From the IMG/VR virus record IMGVR_UViG_3300017910_000028, positions 1 through 28,121 of that record: a stretch of 28,121 nt of DNA, one strand, 5' to 3'. The stretch is from a virus (taxonomy: Duplodnaviria; Caudoviricetes). Positions 1 through 7,300 of the stretch are shown piece by piece. How positions within the stretch are numbered: position 1 is the first letter of the stretch; every line of letters begins with the position of its first letter. Under the pieces are notes generated by a model. The model saw only the letters and a list, made by a program, of their open reading frames with translations, did not search any database and was not told where the DNA came from. The position numbers and the translations under genes were made by a program.

Positions 1-1
1 A

Positions 2-88
2 CTACCAGACAGCCAGCCACTACATAACGACATATGTTCTGATTGTCGTCATGCCATACGCCAGACGTTCACCTATGAAATAGACTAG
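2..88 (+). CDS. 3' end of a truncated small protein with a CxxC (LPDSQPLHNDICSDCRHAIRQTFTYEID)
   Basis: Hand translation; open from the window edge to TAG 86-88, followed by a strong SD (AGGAGG). Confidence 0.4.
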   Translation, partial: LPDSQPLHNDICSDCRHAIRQTFTYEID

Positions 89-159
89 GAGGAGCCTATT
101 GACCGCTTGCATCCTTCATTGGATCACTATTGATACAAGACTACAACGTGGAGAGAAGC

Positions 160-315
160 ATGAATACCAAAAAAGAGTTGAAACACGTTAAGCGCAAAAA
201 GCGCCCATACTACGACGCTGAAGAAGTCATGAACAACAATTTTTCACATGAAGGATTGAAACCCAAGGGTTATTATATAGAGGAAGTTCCGGTGTGGGGC
301 GTCGAAGATGAATAG
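160..315 (+). CDS. Hypothetical phage protein, 51 aa, basic N-terminus
   Basis: ORF 130-315; ATG 160 has GGAGAG upstream; stop overlaps the next start. Confidence 0.6.
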   Translation: MNTKKELKHVKRKKRPYYDAEEVMNNNFSHEGLKPKGYYIEEVPVWGVEDE

Positions 316-583
316 AGACGAAATTCTACAAACCGCCTGTGACCTGATCAATGGCGACCGTGCCAAGGAATACGGAGACGCTTACCTCAACCATGCTAGG
401 ATTGCGGCATTGTGGACAACCTATGTCCGGTCCAAACCTGATGACCTGACGCCTATTGATGTCGCCATGATGCTTGTCCTGATGAAAGTTGCCCGTAGCA
501 TTGAAACGCCCAAGGATGACAGCTTCATTGATATAGCAGGATATGCGGCACTTGCCGGGGAGATGGCCAATGTTGGCAGATGA
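308..583 (+). CDS. DUF6378-like phage protein
   Basis: Motif pattern 'INGDRAKEYGD..NHARIA.LW...DVAMMLVLMKVAR...DDSFIDIAGYAAL'. Confidence 0.8.
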   Translation: MNRDEILQTACDLINGDRAKEYGDAYLNHARIAALWTTYVRSKPDDLTPIDVAMMLVLMKVARSIETPKDDSFIDIAGYAALAGEMANVGR

Positions 584-686
584 AATCTTTCCACTCGACA
601 CCCTGCATTTCTCCGAGGCAATACAGGTTGCCGTTTACATATTTGTCTTAACGATGACATATCTTTTGTACAAGAGGTTCAAATGA
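570..686 (+). CDS. Small single-pass membrane protein, 38 aa (not in ORF track)
   Basis: MLADEIFPLDTLHFSEAIQVAVYIFVLTMTYLLYKRFK; GGGGAG SD; ATGA overlap with the ORF at 683; fills the gap exactly. Confidence 0.65.
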   Translation: MLADEIFPLDTLHFSEAIQVAVYIFVLTMTYLLYKRFK

Positions 687-949
687 TAGAGGGATCAACA
701 CCATCACTGCCATTCCAAGTTTTTATGCAAGGTTTGGAGGACGTATTCGGCCTAGACAAGTCGGTAAAACCATTCCTACAGCAAATGGCTGAACTCAACA
801 ACAAGCCAGCGGAGTACTTTATCTGCATGGCCCTTGAGGAGTTCAAAATGTACCTTGACCAAGAGCCACACTTTGATGTAGAATTAGAAGAGGAAGACGA
901 TGACGACGATGGTCTTAATCGTATGCTTGGAAAAAAGGCGAACCATTAA
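683..949 (+). CDS. Hypothetical protein with acidic tract (EEEDDDDD)
   Basis: GAGG SD; TAATG coupling to the primase start. Confidence 0.7.
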   Translation: MIEGSTPSLPFQVFMQGLEDVFGLDKSVKPFLQQMAELNNKPAEYFICMALEEFKMYLDQEPHFDVELEEEDDDDDGLNRMLGKKANH

Positions 950-2574
950 TGAGTGATGTCGTAGCAGTCAAAACACACCAACCCTGTGACCAATGCGGGT
1001 CATCAGATGCCCTAGCAATCTACGACGATGGTCACACCTACTGCTTCAGCTGTAACAGCTACGGTAATAACATAGAGGATTACATGGAACCCTTGAGGAA
1101 GAAACCCAAATCAGACACACCTTGGTCCGCTAGAAATATATCTACGGCAGTCCAAGATTTTTACGGAGTGACCGCATCTGATTTAAGAGTTGTCTTTCCC
1201 TACTTTGACGGTGATGGTATGCGGACAGCCGTTAAGATCAGGTTGGCAGGGAAGGAGTTCAAAACAGAGGGAGACTTTAAGAATACGGTTCTATTCGGAG
1301 CGCACACCCTAGGCAAGGATGTCGGGGTAAGCTCCAATACCCTGATCGTCACCGAGGGCGAGGCAGATGCACTGGCGGCGTTTCAAATGGCTAACAGTGT
1401 CTCTCCAGATGCCAAGACTTATAGCAAGGGCAACCATTCGTCCAAGATTGTCCACGCCATGTCCATACGATCAGGACAGGCAAGCGCAGAGCGTGACTTC
1501 AAAAACAATCTTGAACTCTTGGAGAAGTTCAAGCGGGTTTTCATCTGCTTCGATGCAGAGCCAGAAGCTCGACAGAACGCTGAACGCTGCGCCAGACTGC
1601 TCCGACCCGGCAAGGCATACATTGTAGAGCTAGAACACAAGGACGCTTGTGAGTACACCTCCAAGGGCCTACACAATGAGTTCATAGCACGGTTGAAAAA
1701 TACCCAATGCTACACCCCAGCTGGCATACGCAATGCTGCCACAGACTTTGACGGGCTGTGGTCAGAGCAGAACCTACGCAGTATCCCCTTCCCCTTCCCA
1801 CAGCTACAAAGCAAGACGCTTGGCACTAGGGCTAGGGAGATCGTCACTTGGGCAGCTGGCACTGGCGTTGGCAAGAGTTCCTTGCTAAGGGAGCTACAGC
1901 ATTACTACTTAAAGAACACTGATCAAAATATTGGCATCATTGCCCTTGAAGAATCAGTGGATCGTACTAGGCGTGGCATCCTGTCCGTTGAGGCCAACGA
2001 CCGCTTGCATCTTAATGAAGTATTCGAGAAGTATTCGAGAGAACAAATCAGGGAATACTTCGACAATACTTTGGGAACCGGACGAGTATTTATCTATGAC
2101 CACTTCGGGTCATTGGAGATGGACGACCTTCTGGATCGTGTGCGGTACATGGTACAGGGTTTAGATTGTCAAGTGATATTTATCGATCACCTGAGCATCC
2201 TAGTGTCTGGATTGGAGATCACTGACGAACGAAAGGCCATCGACCGCACCATGACCCTCCTGAGACAGGTTACTGAGGAAACGGGTTGCTGTATCCATCT
2301 AGTCACACACCTGAGACGGTTGTCCTCCGACAGGTCACATGAGGAAGGTATGGAGGTCAATCTAGGTCACCTCCGGGGAAGTCACGGCATATCTCAGATC
2401 AGCGACAGCGTGATATCCTTGGAGCGAAACACACAGAGTGATGATCCGGTTGAGTGTAACACCACCACTCTGAGAGTTCTCAAATGTCGATACACTGGCG
2501 ATGTAGGCGCAGCTGACCGCTTGCTATACGACAAGAGTTCTGGTAGAATGGACGTAGTAACAGAGGAGTTTTAA
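949..2574 (+). CDS. T7 gp4-like DNA primase-helicase
   Basis: Zinc finger CDQC..CFSC; TOPRIM TEGEADA; Walker A AGTGVGKS; SF4 motifs IFIDHLS, LVTHLRR, LRGSHGISQISD, LKCRYTG. Confidence 0.97.
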   Translation: MSDVVAVKTHQPCDQCGSSDALAIYDDGHTYCFSCNSYGNNIEDYMEPLRKKPKSDTPWSARNISTAVQDFYGVTASDLRVVFPYFDGDGMRTAVKIRLAGKEFKTEGDFKNTVLFGAHTLGKDVGVSSNTLIVTEGEADALAAFQMANSVSPDAKTYSKGNHSSKIVHAMSIRSGQASAERDFKNNLELLEKFKRVFICFDAEPEARQNAERCARLLRPGKAYIVELEHKDACEYTSKGLHNEFIARLKNTQCYTPAGIRNAATDFDGLWSEQNLRSIPFPFPQLQSKTLGTRAREIVTWAAGTGVGKSSLLRELQHYYLKNTDQNIGIIALEESVDRTRRGILSVEANDRLHLNEVFEKYSREQIREYFDNTLGTGRVFIYDHFGSLEMDDLLDRVRYMVQGLDCQVIFIDHLSILVSGLEITDERKAIDRTMTLLRQVTEETGCCIHLVTHLRRLSSDRSHEEGMEVNLGHLRGSHGISQISDSVISLERNTQSDDPVECNTTTLRVLKCRYTGDVGAADRLLYDKSSGRMDVVTEEF

Positions 2575-2575
2575 A

Positions 2576-2779
2576 ATGTCTCAATTAATCCAGTGGGCGC
2601 ATGACGAGCAAATTACAGCCGAAGAATTTATCAAACGCATAGAGCCGATGGTGTGTGAACCAGTGTCCACCCTGATGGAGTGTGACGGAGATATGTGGTT
2701 GAGCGACTATCAAAAACTCGTATCGGCTTTTTGGCGTATCAAAAACGCTGTGGAGGTTATGAACAAGCACGATGGCTAA
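2576..2779 (+). CDS. Hypothetical protein, 67 aa
   Basis: GAGGAG SD; tightly packed in the operon. Confidence 0.7.
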   Translation: MSQLIQWAHDEQITAEEFIKRIEPMVCEPVSTLMECDGDMWLSDYQKLVSAFWRIKNAVEVMNKHDG

Positions 2780-2915
2780 AACAAATACACTTACTTACAC
2801 GCCCAGAACCAAAGTGCGTAGGCGTAGGCGGTTACGTCCGTTTAACCATTGTAAAAAGGTTTCCAAACGATCTGGCTTTACAGGCATGAAGAAACGGAGG
2901 AGAGGACAGGGATGA
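2772..2915 (+). CDS. Small Arg/Lys-rich protein, 47 aa (not in ORF track)
   Basis: MAKTNTLTYTPRTKVRRRRRLRPFNHCKKVSKRSGFTGMKKRRRGQG; overlaps both neighbours (ATGA with thyX). Confidence 0.7.
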   Translation: MAKTNTLTYTPRTKVRRRRRLRPFNHCKKVSKRSGFTGMKKRRRGQG

Positions 2916-3616
2916 TCGAAGCGGTTTTGAAAGGTTACATGGGAACCGACCTCAATGTGGTCAATGCTGCACGGGTAAGCTTTGACAAGGAGCATAGTTG
3001 GGTAAAGCTTAACGACATAAAGCTTATTAAGTATCTTGCCGACCATAATCATTGGTCACCATTTGCCCACACCAGCGTACAGTTTCGGATCAAGGCTCCC
3101 ATCTTCGTCGCTAGGCAGTTGGCAAAACATCAGGTAGGATTAGCATGGAACGAAATCAGCAGGCGATATGTCGATCAAGAACCTGAGTTCTACCAGCCCA
3201 AGGAGTGGAGGGGAAAACCTGTAGACAAAAAACAAGGTAGTTCTCAAGAGATAATCGACATCAACCCGTCTACCAAATCTGGCCCAGCTATGGTAGACCC
3301 TTATGGACACGTTATTCAAACCTGCTTGTGGACCTACAAGACTTTGTTAGACAGAGGCGTTGCACCTGAGATGGCAAGAATGGTTTTGCCACAGAGTATG
3401 TTTACTGAATGGTATTGGACAGGATCGGTATATGCATTTTCTAGGGTCTGTAAACTTAGGTTAGGCGAGGACGCACAGAAAGAGACCAGTGAGGTTGCCT
3501 CATTAATATCCAACGAGTGTAAAAACTTGTTTCCCATAAGCTGGAAGGCTTTGATGGGCGAACCAGAAGAATTTCAAGATTCTGGTTTTACAGATAGCTT
3601 TGGAGTAGAAAGATAA
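2912..3616 (+). CDS. thyX: FAD-dependent thymidylate synthase
   Basis: VVNAARVSF, HWSPFAH, APIFVARQLAKHQVGLAWNEISRRY, PEMARMVLP, AQKET. Confidence 0.96.
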   Translation: MIEAVLKGYMGTDLNVVNAARVSFDKEHSWVKLNDIKLIKYLADHNHWSPFAHTSVQFRIKAPIFVARQLAKHQVGLAWNEISRRYVDQEPEFYQPKEWRGKPVDKKQGSSQEIIDINPSTKSGPAMVDPYGHVIQTCLWTYKTLLDRGVAPEMARMVLPQSMFTEWYWTGSVYAFSRVCKLRLGEDAQKETSEVASLISNECKNLFPISWKALMGEPEEFQDSGFTDSFGVER

Positions 3617-5253
3617 TGCGAGTTGTCTTCATAGACATAGAAACAGATGACCTAGATGCCACACAGATATACTGTGCGGTCACCTTGGAAAATTCTGTGT
3701 CTACTGAATGGACCACGAGCGATGGTTTACAAGATTATCTCGACAATGCCGTTGTTGTCGCTCACAATGGTCTAAGCTTTGACTTTCCTGTCTTGGCTAG
3801 ACTGTGGGGTATACGGTTGAAGATAGAGAACATGCGTGACACTCTTATCCTGTCTATGATGGACAACCCTGCCAGAGAAGGAGGCCACAGTTTAAAGGCA
3901 TGGGGTCAGAGACTGGGGTGTGAAAAGATAGAGTTCAATGACTTTTCATCCTACACCACGGAGATGTTGGAATATTGTAAACAAGATGTCTTGTTATGTA
4001 GCAAGGTGTATCATCTTTTAGAGGCATCCATGTCAAAGTTTTCGGAAAAGTCTATATCAGATGAGCATCGTATGAGGATTGTGGCAGACAGGATCAGTAA
4101 CAACGGTTTTGAGTTGGACAAAGACAAGGCCGTTAAGTTGTACAATGATCTCGTACTAGAACAAGAGCAGATCGAGCAAGAGTGTCGCAACCTGTTCCCG
4201 CCAATTGTCGAGGAGAGATACTCTGACAAGACTGGCAAGAGATTGAAGGATAAGATCACAGAGTTTAACCCAGCGTCTAGGCAGCAAATAGCATCTAGGT
4301 TGATAGAACTAGGATGGGTTCCTACAGAACTCACGCCTACTGGCCAGCCAAAGGTGGATGAAAAAACACTGTCTAATTGTAGCATTCCAGTTGCGGAGAC
4401 ACTGGCTACATACTTTATGCTTCAGAAGCGTTCTGCCCTTGTAAAGTCATGGGTCAAATCTTGTACAGATGAAAACAGGGTGCATTGCAAGTATCGCACC
4501 TTGGGAGCAATAACAAACCGGATGAGTTGCGTTGATCCTAACCTGCAACAGGTTCCAGCTGTACGGGTCCAGTATGGCAAAGAATGTAGAGAATTGTTCA
4601 AAGCTGCTACTGGCAACAAACTGCTAGACACAGATGCAGCAGGCTTAGAGCTAAGGGTACTTGCCCACTACATGAACGACGACAAGTTCACCAAGGAGGT
4701 CTTGGAAGGCGACGTACACACAGCTAACCAAAGGATGGCAGGACTTGACACTAGGGATCAGGCCAAGACATTCATCTATGCGTTGCTGTATGGTGCAGGG
4801 GATGCCAAGATAGGCGCTGTGGTCAATGGGAGTGCCAAGGACGGGGCAGAGCTACGGTCACGCTTTATGTCCAACATGCCAGCCTATAAAAGACTTAGCG
4901 AGGCCGTCATCAGAAAGGGTGAAAGTGAGGGCAGGCTCAAGGCTATTGACGGTAGGGTTCTGCGTGTACGCTCTGGTCACGCTAGTTTGAACACCCTGAT
5001 ACAGGGATCGTCAGCTGTTCTAATGAAAAAGTGGTTTATGTATGTCGATCATTACCTTAGAAGGAGACGCATACGGTCCAAAATTGTAGCCATGATCCAT
5101 GATGAATTAGTCTTGGAGAGTGCAGAAAAAGATGTTGACGCTACCACAGAATCTGTTATACTATCTATATCGCAAGTCAACAAAGCCTACAATCTACGTT
5201 GCAAATTGGAATGTGATGTACAGGTAGGCAACAACTGGAGTGAGATACACTAA
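3616..5253 (+). CDS. polA: Family A DNA polymerase (T7 gp5-like) with 3'-5' exonuclease
   Basis: Exo motifs DIETD, HNGLSFD, YCKQDV; motif A DAAGLELRVLAHY; motif B RDQAKTFIYALLYG; motif C IHDEL. Confidence 0.97.
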   Translation: MRVVFIDIETDDLDATQIYCAVTLENSVSTEWTTSDGLQDYLDNAVVVAHNGLSFDFPVLARLWGIRLKIENMRDTLILSMMDNPAREGGHSLKAWGQRLGCEKIEFNDFSSYTTEMLEYCKQDVLLCSKVYHLLEASMSKFSEKSISDEHRMRIVADRISNNGFELDKDKAVKLYNDLVLEQEQIEQECRNLFPPIVEERYSDKTGKRLKDKITEFNPASRQQIASRLIELGWVPTELTPTGQPKVDEKTLSNCSIPVAETLATYFMLQKRSALVKSWVKSCTDENRVHCKYRTLGAITNRMSCVDPNLQQVPAVRVQYGKECRELFKAATGNKLLDTDAAGLELRVLAHYMNDDKFTKEVLEGDVHTANQRMAGLDTRDQAKTFIYALLYGAGDAKIGAVVNGSAKDGAELRSRFMSNMPAYKRLSEAVIRKGESEGRLKAIDGRVLRVRSGHASLNTLIQGSSAVLMKKWFMYVDHYLRRRRIRSKIVAMIHDELVLESAEKDVDATTESVILSISQVNKAYNLRCKLECDVQVGNNWSEIH

Positions 5254-5705
5254 TGGCAAACAAATACTCTTATCTTGAAGGCGTAATGTTCTACCCGTTC
5301 ATCTTTGATCAGACAGACAAGTTTGATCGTTATTCTGTCGCCCTTGGTCTTGAGGGAGATCAGGTCAAAGCTGCTCGTAACTTGGGATTGAGCGTCAAGC
5401 AGGAAGATGGCAAGATGGACGATATGCCATACGTCCAGCTGAAGAGCAATTATAAGCCTACTTTGGTAGACGGCGAAGAGAACGAGTACAAGGGGCCAAC
5501 CCAACTCAGTAACGGTTCCAAAGGCGTTGTACGCCTCTCCCAGCGTCCCTACAACAACAAGTACGGACAGGGGGTAACTACCTTCATTAACGCTGTGAAG
5601 ATCACTGATCCCATTGAGTACGTCAGTTTGGATGACGAACCCGGTAGCTTTTCCACGCCTAAGAGAACTGTCGTTGACGAGATGAGCGACGACGTTCCGT
5701 TCTAG
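5253..5705 (+). CDS. Single-stranded DNA-binding protein (gp2.5/DUF2815-like)
   Basis: Position after the polymerase, about 150 aa, beta-rich pattern, acidic tail ending DDVPF. Confidence 0.75.
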   Translation: MANKYSYLEGVMFYPFIFDQTDKFDRYSVALGLEGDQVKAARNLGLSVKQEDGKMDDMPYVQLKSNYKPTLVDGEENEYKGPTQLSNGSKGVVRLSQRPYNNKYGQGVTTFINAVKITDPIEYVSLDDEPGSFSTPKRTVVDEMSDDVPF

Positions 5706-6326
5706 GTGACTAGTAGGAAAGATTACGGACATTGGGACATTAGTCTGGTAGGCGAGTTCAATCCCGATAAGCACCTTGGGTTCGTCTATCAGATTACCCA
5801 TAAGCAGTCCGGTAAGAGCTACATAGGATGCAAGCACCTGTGGAAGTTCAAAAAACGCAAACGTGTAAGGGCCAGTGAGTGGCGTTACTACTACTCCAGC
5901 GGTAAATACCTAAAGCCCCACATTGAAGAGCTAGGCCCGGACGCATTTACATTTGTCATCCTAATGCTGTGCGACAACAAACGTGATCTGTATTACAATG
6001 AAGAAAAAATACAGATGCAGTTGGGGGTTTTGGAAAGCGAGGAATACTATAACGCCCACGTTGGAGGAAGACGTTTCTACCGTCCTGTAAGAAGCTATGA
6101 TGAAGATTTCAAACAAAAAATTAAAGGCACAGGCAACGGAAGATACAGAGGCAATTTTTATATCCTGTATGACAGCGGCATAGAGGTACTGGTAGAAAAT
6201 CAAACAGTAGAACAATGGTGTAAGGAGAACGGTTATAACAAAAGCGGCTTGTTCAGATTACGACGGGGTAATCAAAAGGTTTACAAAAACATAGTAGCAA
6301 TGGAGTATGAAAGTGAGCGAGACTAA
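5706..6326 (+). CDS. GIY-YIG endonuclease (Seg/homing-type)
   Basis: GFVYQITHKQSGKSYIGCK, YYNAHVGG; C-terminal NUMOD/HTH-like segment. Confidence 0.85.
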   Translation: MTSRKDYGHWDISLVGEFNPDKHLGFVYQITHKQSGKSYIGCKHLWKFKKRKRVRASEWRYYYSSGKYLKPHIEELGPDAFTFVILMLCDNKRDLYYNEEKIQMQLGVLESEEYYNAHVGGRRFYRPVRSYDEDFKQKIKGTGNGRYRGNFYILYDSGIEVLVENQTVEQWCKENGYNKSGLFRLRRGNQKVYKNIVAMEYESERD

Positions 6327-7143
6327 AACTATAGATACCTTGGTAGAAGACATTTATAATCTTGTCGATACCGGGAAAAAGAATCCAGATCAGGAAGCCT
6401 TGTTCGCTTTGGGTAGTTCTATTATGGAAGCTGTAAGACGACAGTTGTGGATGGCTACCTCTGATTCTCCTAGCAGGCTACGCATGTCCAACATTGGGAA
6501 ACCATGCAGCAGATCGTTATGGTATGATATCAATGGTGACGAACAAGCTGAAAAATTTAGTCCACAGACCCGCTTGAAGTTTATGATAGGAGATATCGTA
6601 GAAGCGTTCCTGATATACCTAGCCAAGGAAGCTGGTCATTACGTTTCCAATCAACAAGCAGAGATTGAGATGGATGGTATTAAGGGACACATAGACTGCT
6701 TCATAGATGACGAACTGGTTGACATTAAATCTGCGTCGTCGTTTGCAATGAAGAAGTTCAAAAATGGTACTTTGCCTGACGATGATCCGTTTGGCTACAT
6801 ATCTCAGATGAGCGGTTATGGTAACGCCCTTAACAAAAAACGTGGCACGTTTCTTGCATTTGACAAAAGCAGTGGAGAACTTGCCACTTACACACACTCT
6901 CAGCTGGAGAACACTAAGTTAAAGATTAAAGAGGTTAAAGAAGCCGTAGAGCTTCCGGAGCCGCCTGACAGGTGCTTTGAGACGGTCAAGGACAGGCAGA
7001 CAGGTAGGCAGAAGCTTGGCGTCAATTGTTCCTACTGTTCCCACAAACATACTTGTTGGGATGGCGAGCTAGACCTCAAATTTAGATCAGGCCGTCCTGT
7101 GTTCTTTGTAGGGAAGGGGGAAGAAAATGCCCACTCTTTCTGA
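6307..7143 (+). CDS. PD-(D/E)XK Cas4-like exonuclease
   Basis: LRMSNIGKPC, GHIDC..LVDIKS, Q..GY, C-terminal CSYC..C (1+3 Cys, Fe-S type). Confidence 0.85.
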   Translation: MKVSETKTIDTLVEDIYNLVDTGKKNPDQEALFALGSSIMEAVRRQLWMATSDSPSRLRMSNIGKPCSRSLWYDINGDEQAEKFSPQTRLKFMIGDIVEAFLIYLAKEAGHYVSNQQAEIEMDGIKGHIDCFIDDELVDIKSASSFAMKKFKNGTLPDDDPFGYISQMSGYGNALNKKRGTFLAFDKSSGELATYTHSQLENTKLKIKEVKEAVELPEPPDRCFETVKDRQTGRQKLGVNCSYCSHKHTCWDGELDLKFRSGRPVFFVGKGEENAHSF

Positions 7144-7300
7144 TGAACAGCTTGGAGATTTAGCAAGGGCCTACAGCTGTGAGCAGATCATAGACATTCT
7201 TGGCCTAGAACCTATACAGCTGTTGCTTGCTTTCCAAGAGGAAGTAAACTACTATATTGATGACTTCAAACTCAGACCTGTGGATTGCCATGATCTTTAA
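7127..7300 (+). CDS. Small acidic helical protein, 57 aa (not in ORF track)
   Basis: MPTLSDEQLGDLARAYSCEQIIDILGLEPIQLLLAFQEEVNYYIDDFKLRPVDCHDL; purine-rich SD; overlaps both neighbours. Confidence 0.7.
   Translation: MPTLSDEQLGDLARAYSCEQIIDILGLEPIQLLLAFQEEVNYYIDDFKLRPVDCHDL

Noticed and set aside
99-191. 30-aa TTG ORF after a strong AGGAGG
   Set aside because: Plausible, but short, overlapping the next gene and without recognisable features.
308-583. DUF6378 protein plus oxygenase as a base-modification system (for example Z-DNA)
   Set aside because: No purZ, que, glycosyltransferase or similar genes are visible in the window.
2017-2040. Tandem 11-nt repeat GAAGTATTCGA x2 in the helicase
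   Set aside because: Only two copies, reading frame intact; probably chance.
2695-2889. 64-aa + strand ORF from the track
   Set aside because: Overlaps heavily; the 2772-2915 frame couples better to both neighbours.
5250-5837. 195-aa antisense ORF
   Set aside because: Shadow of the SSB and endonuclease genes, with no motifs.
6307-7143. Cas4-like nuclease as a sign of CRISPR
   Set aside because: No array or other cas genes; such exonucleases are usual in phage replication modules.
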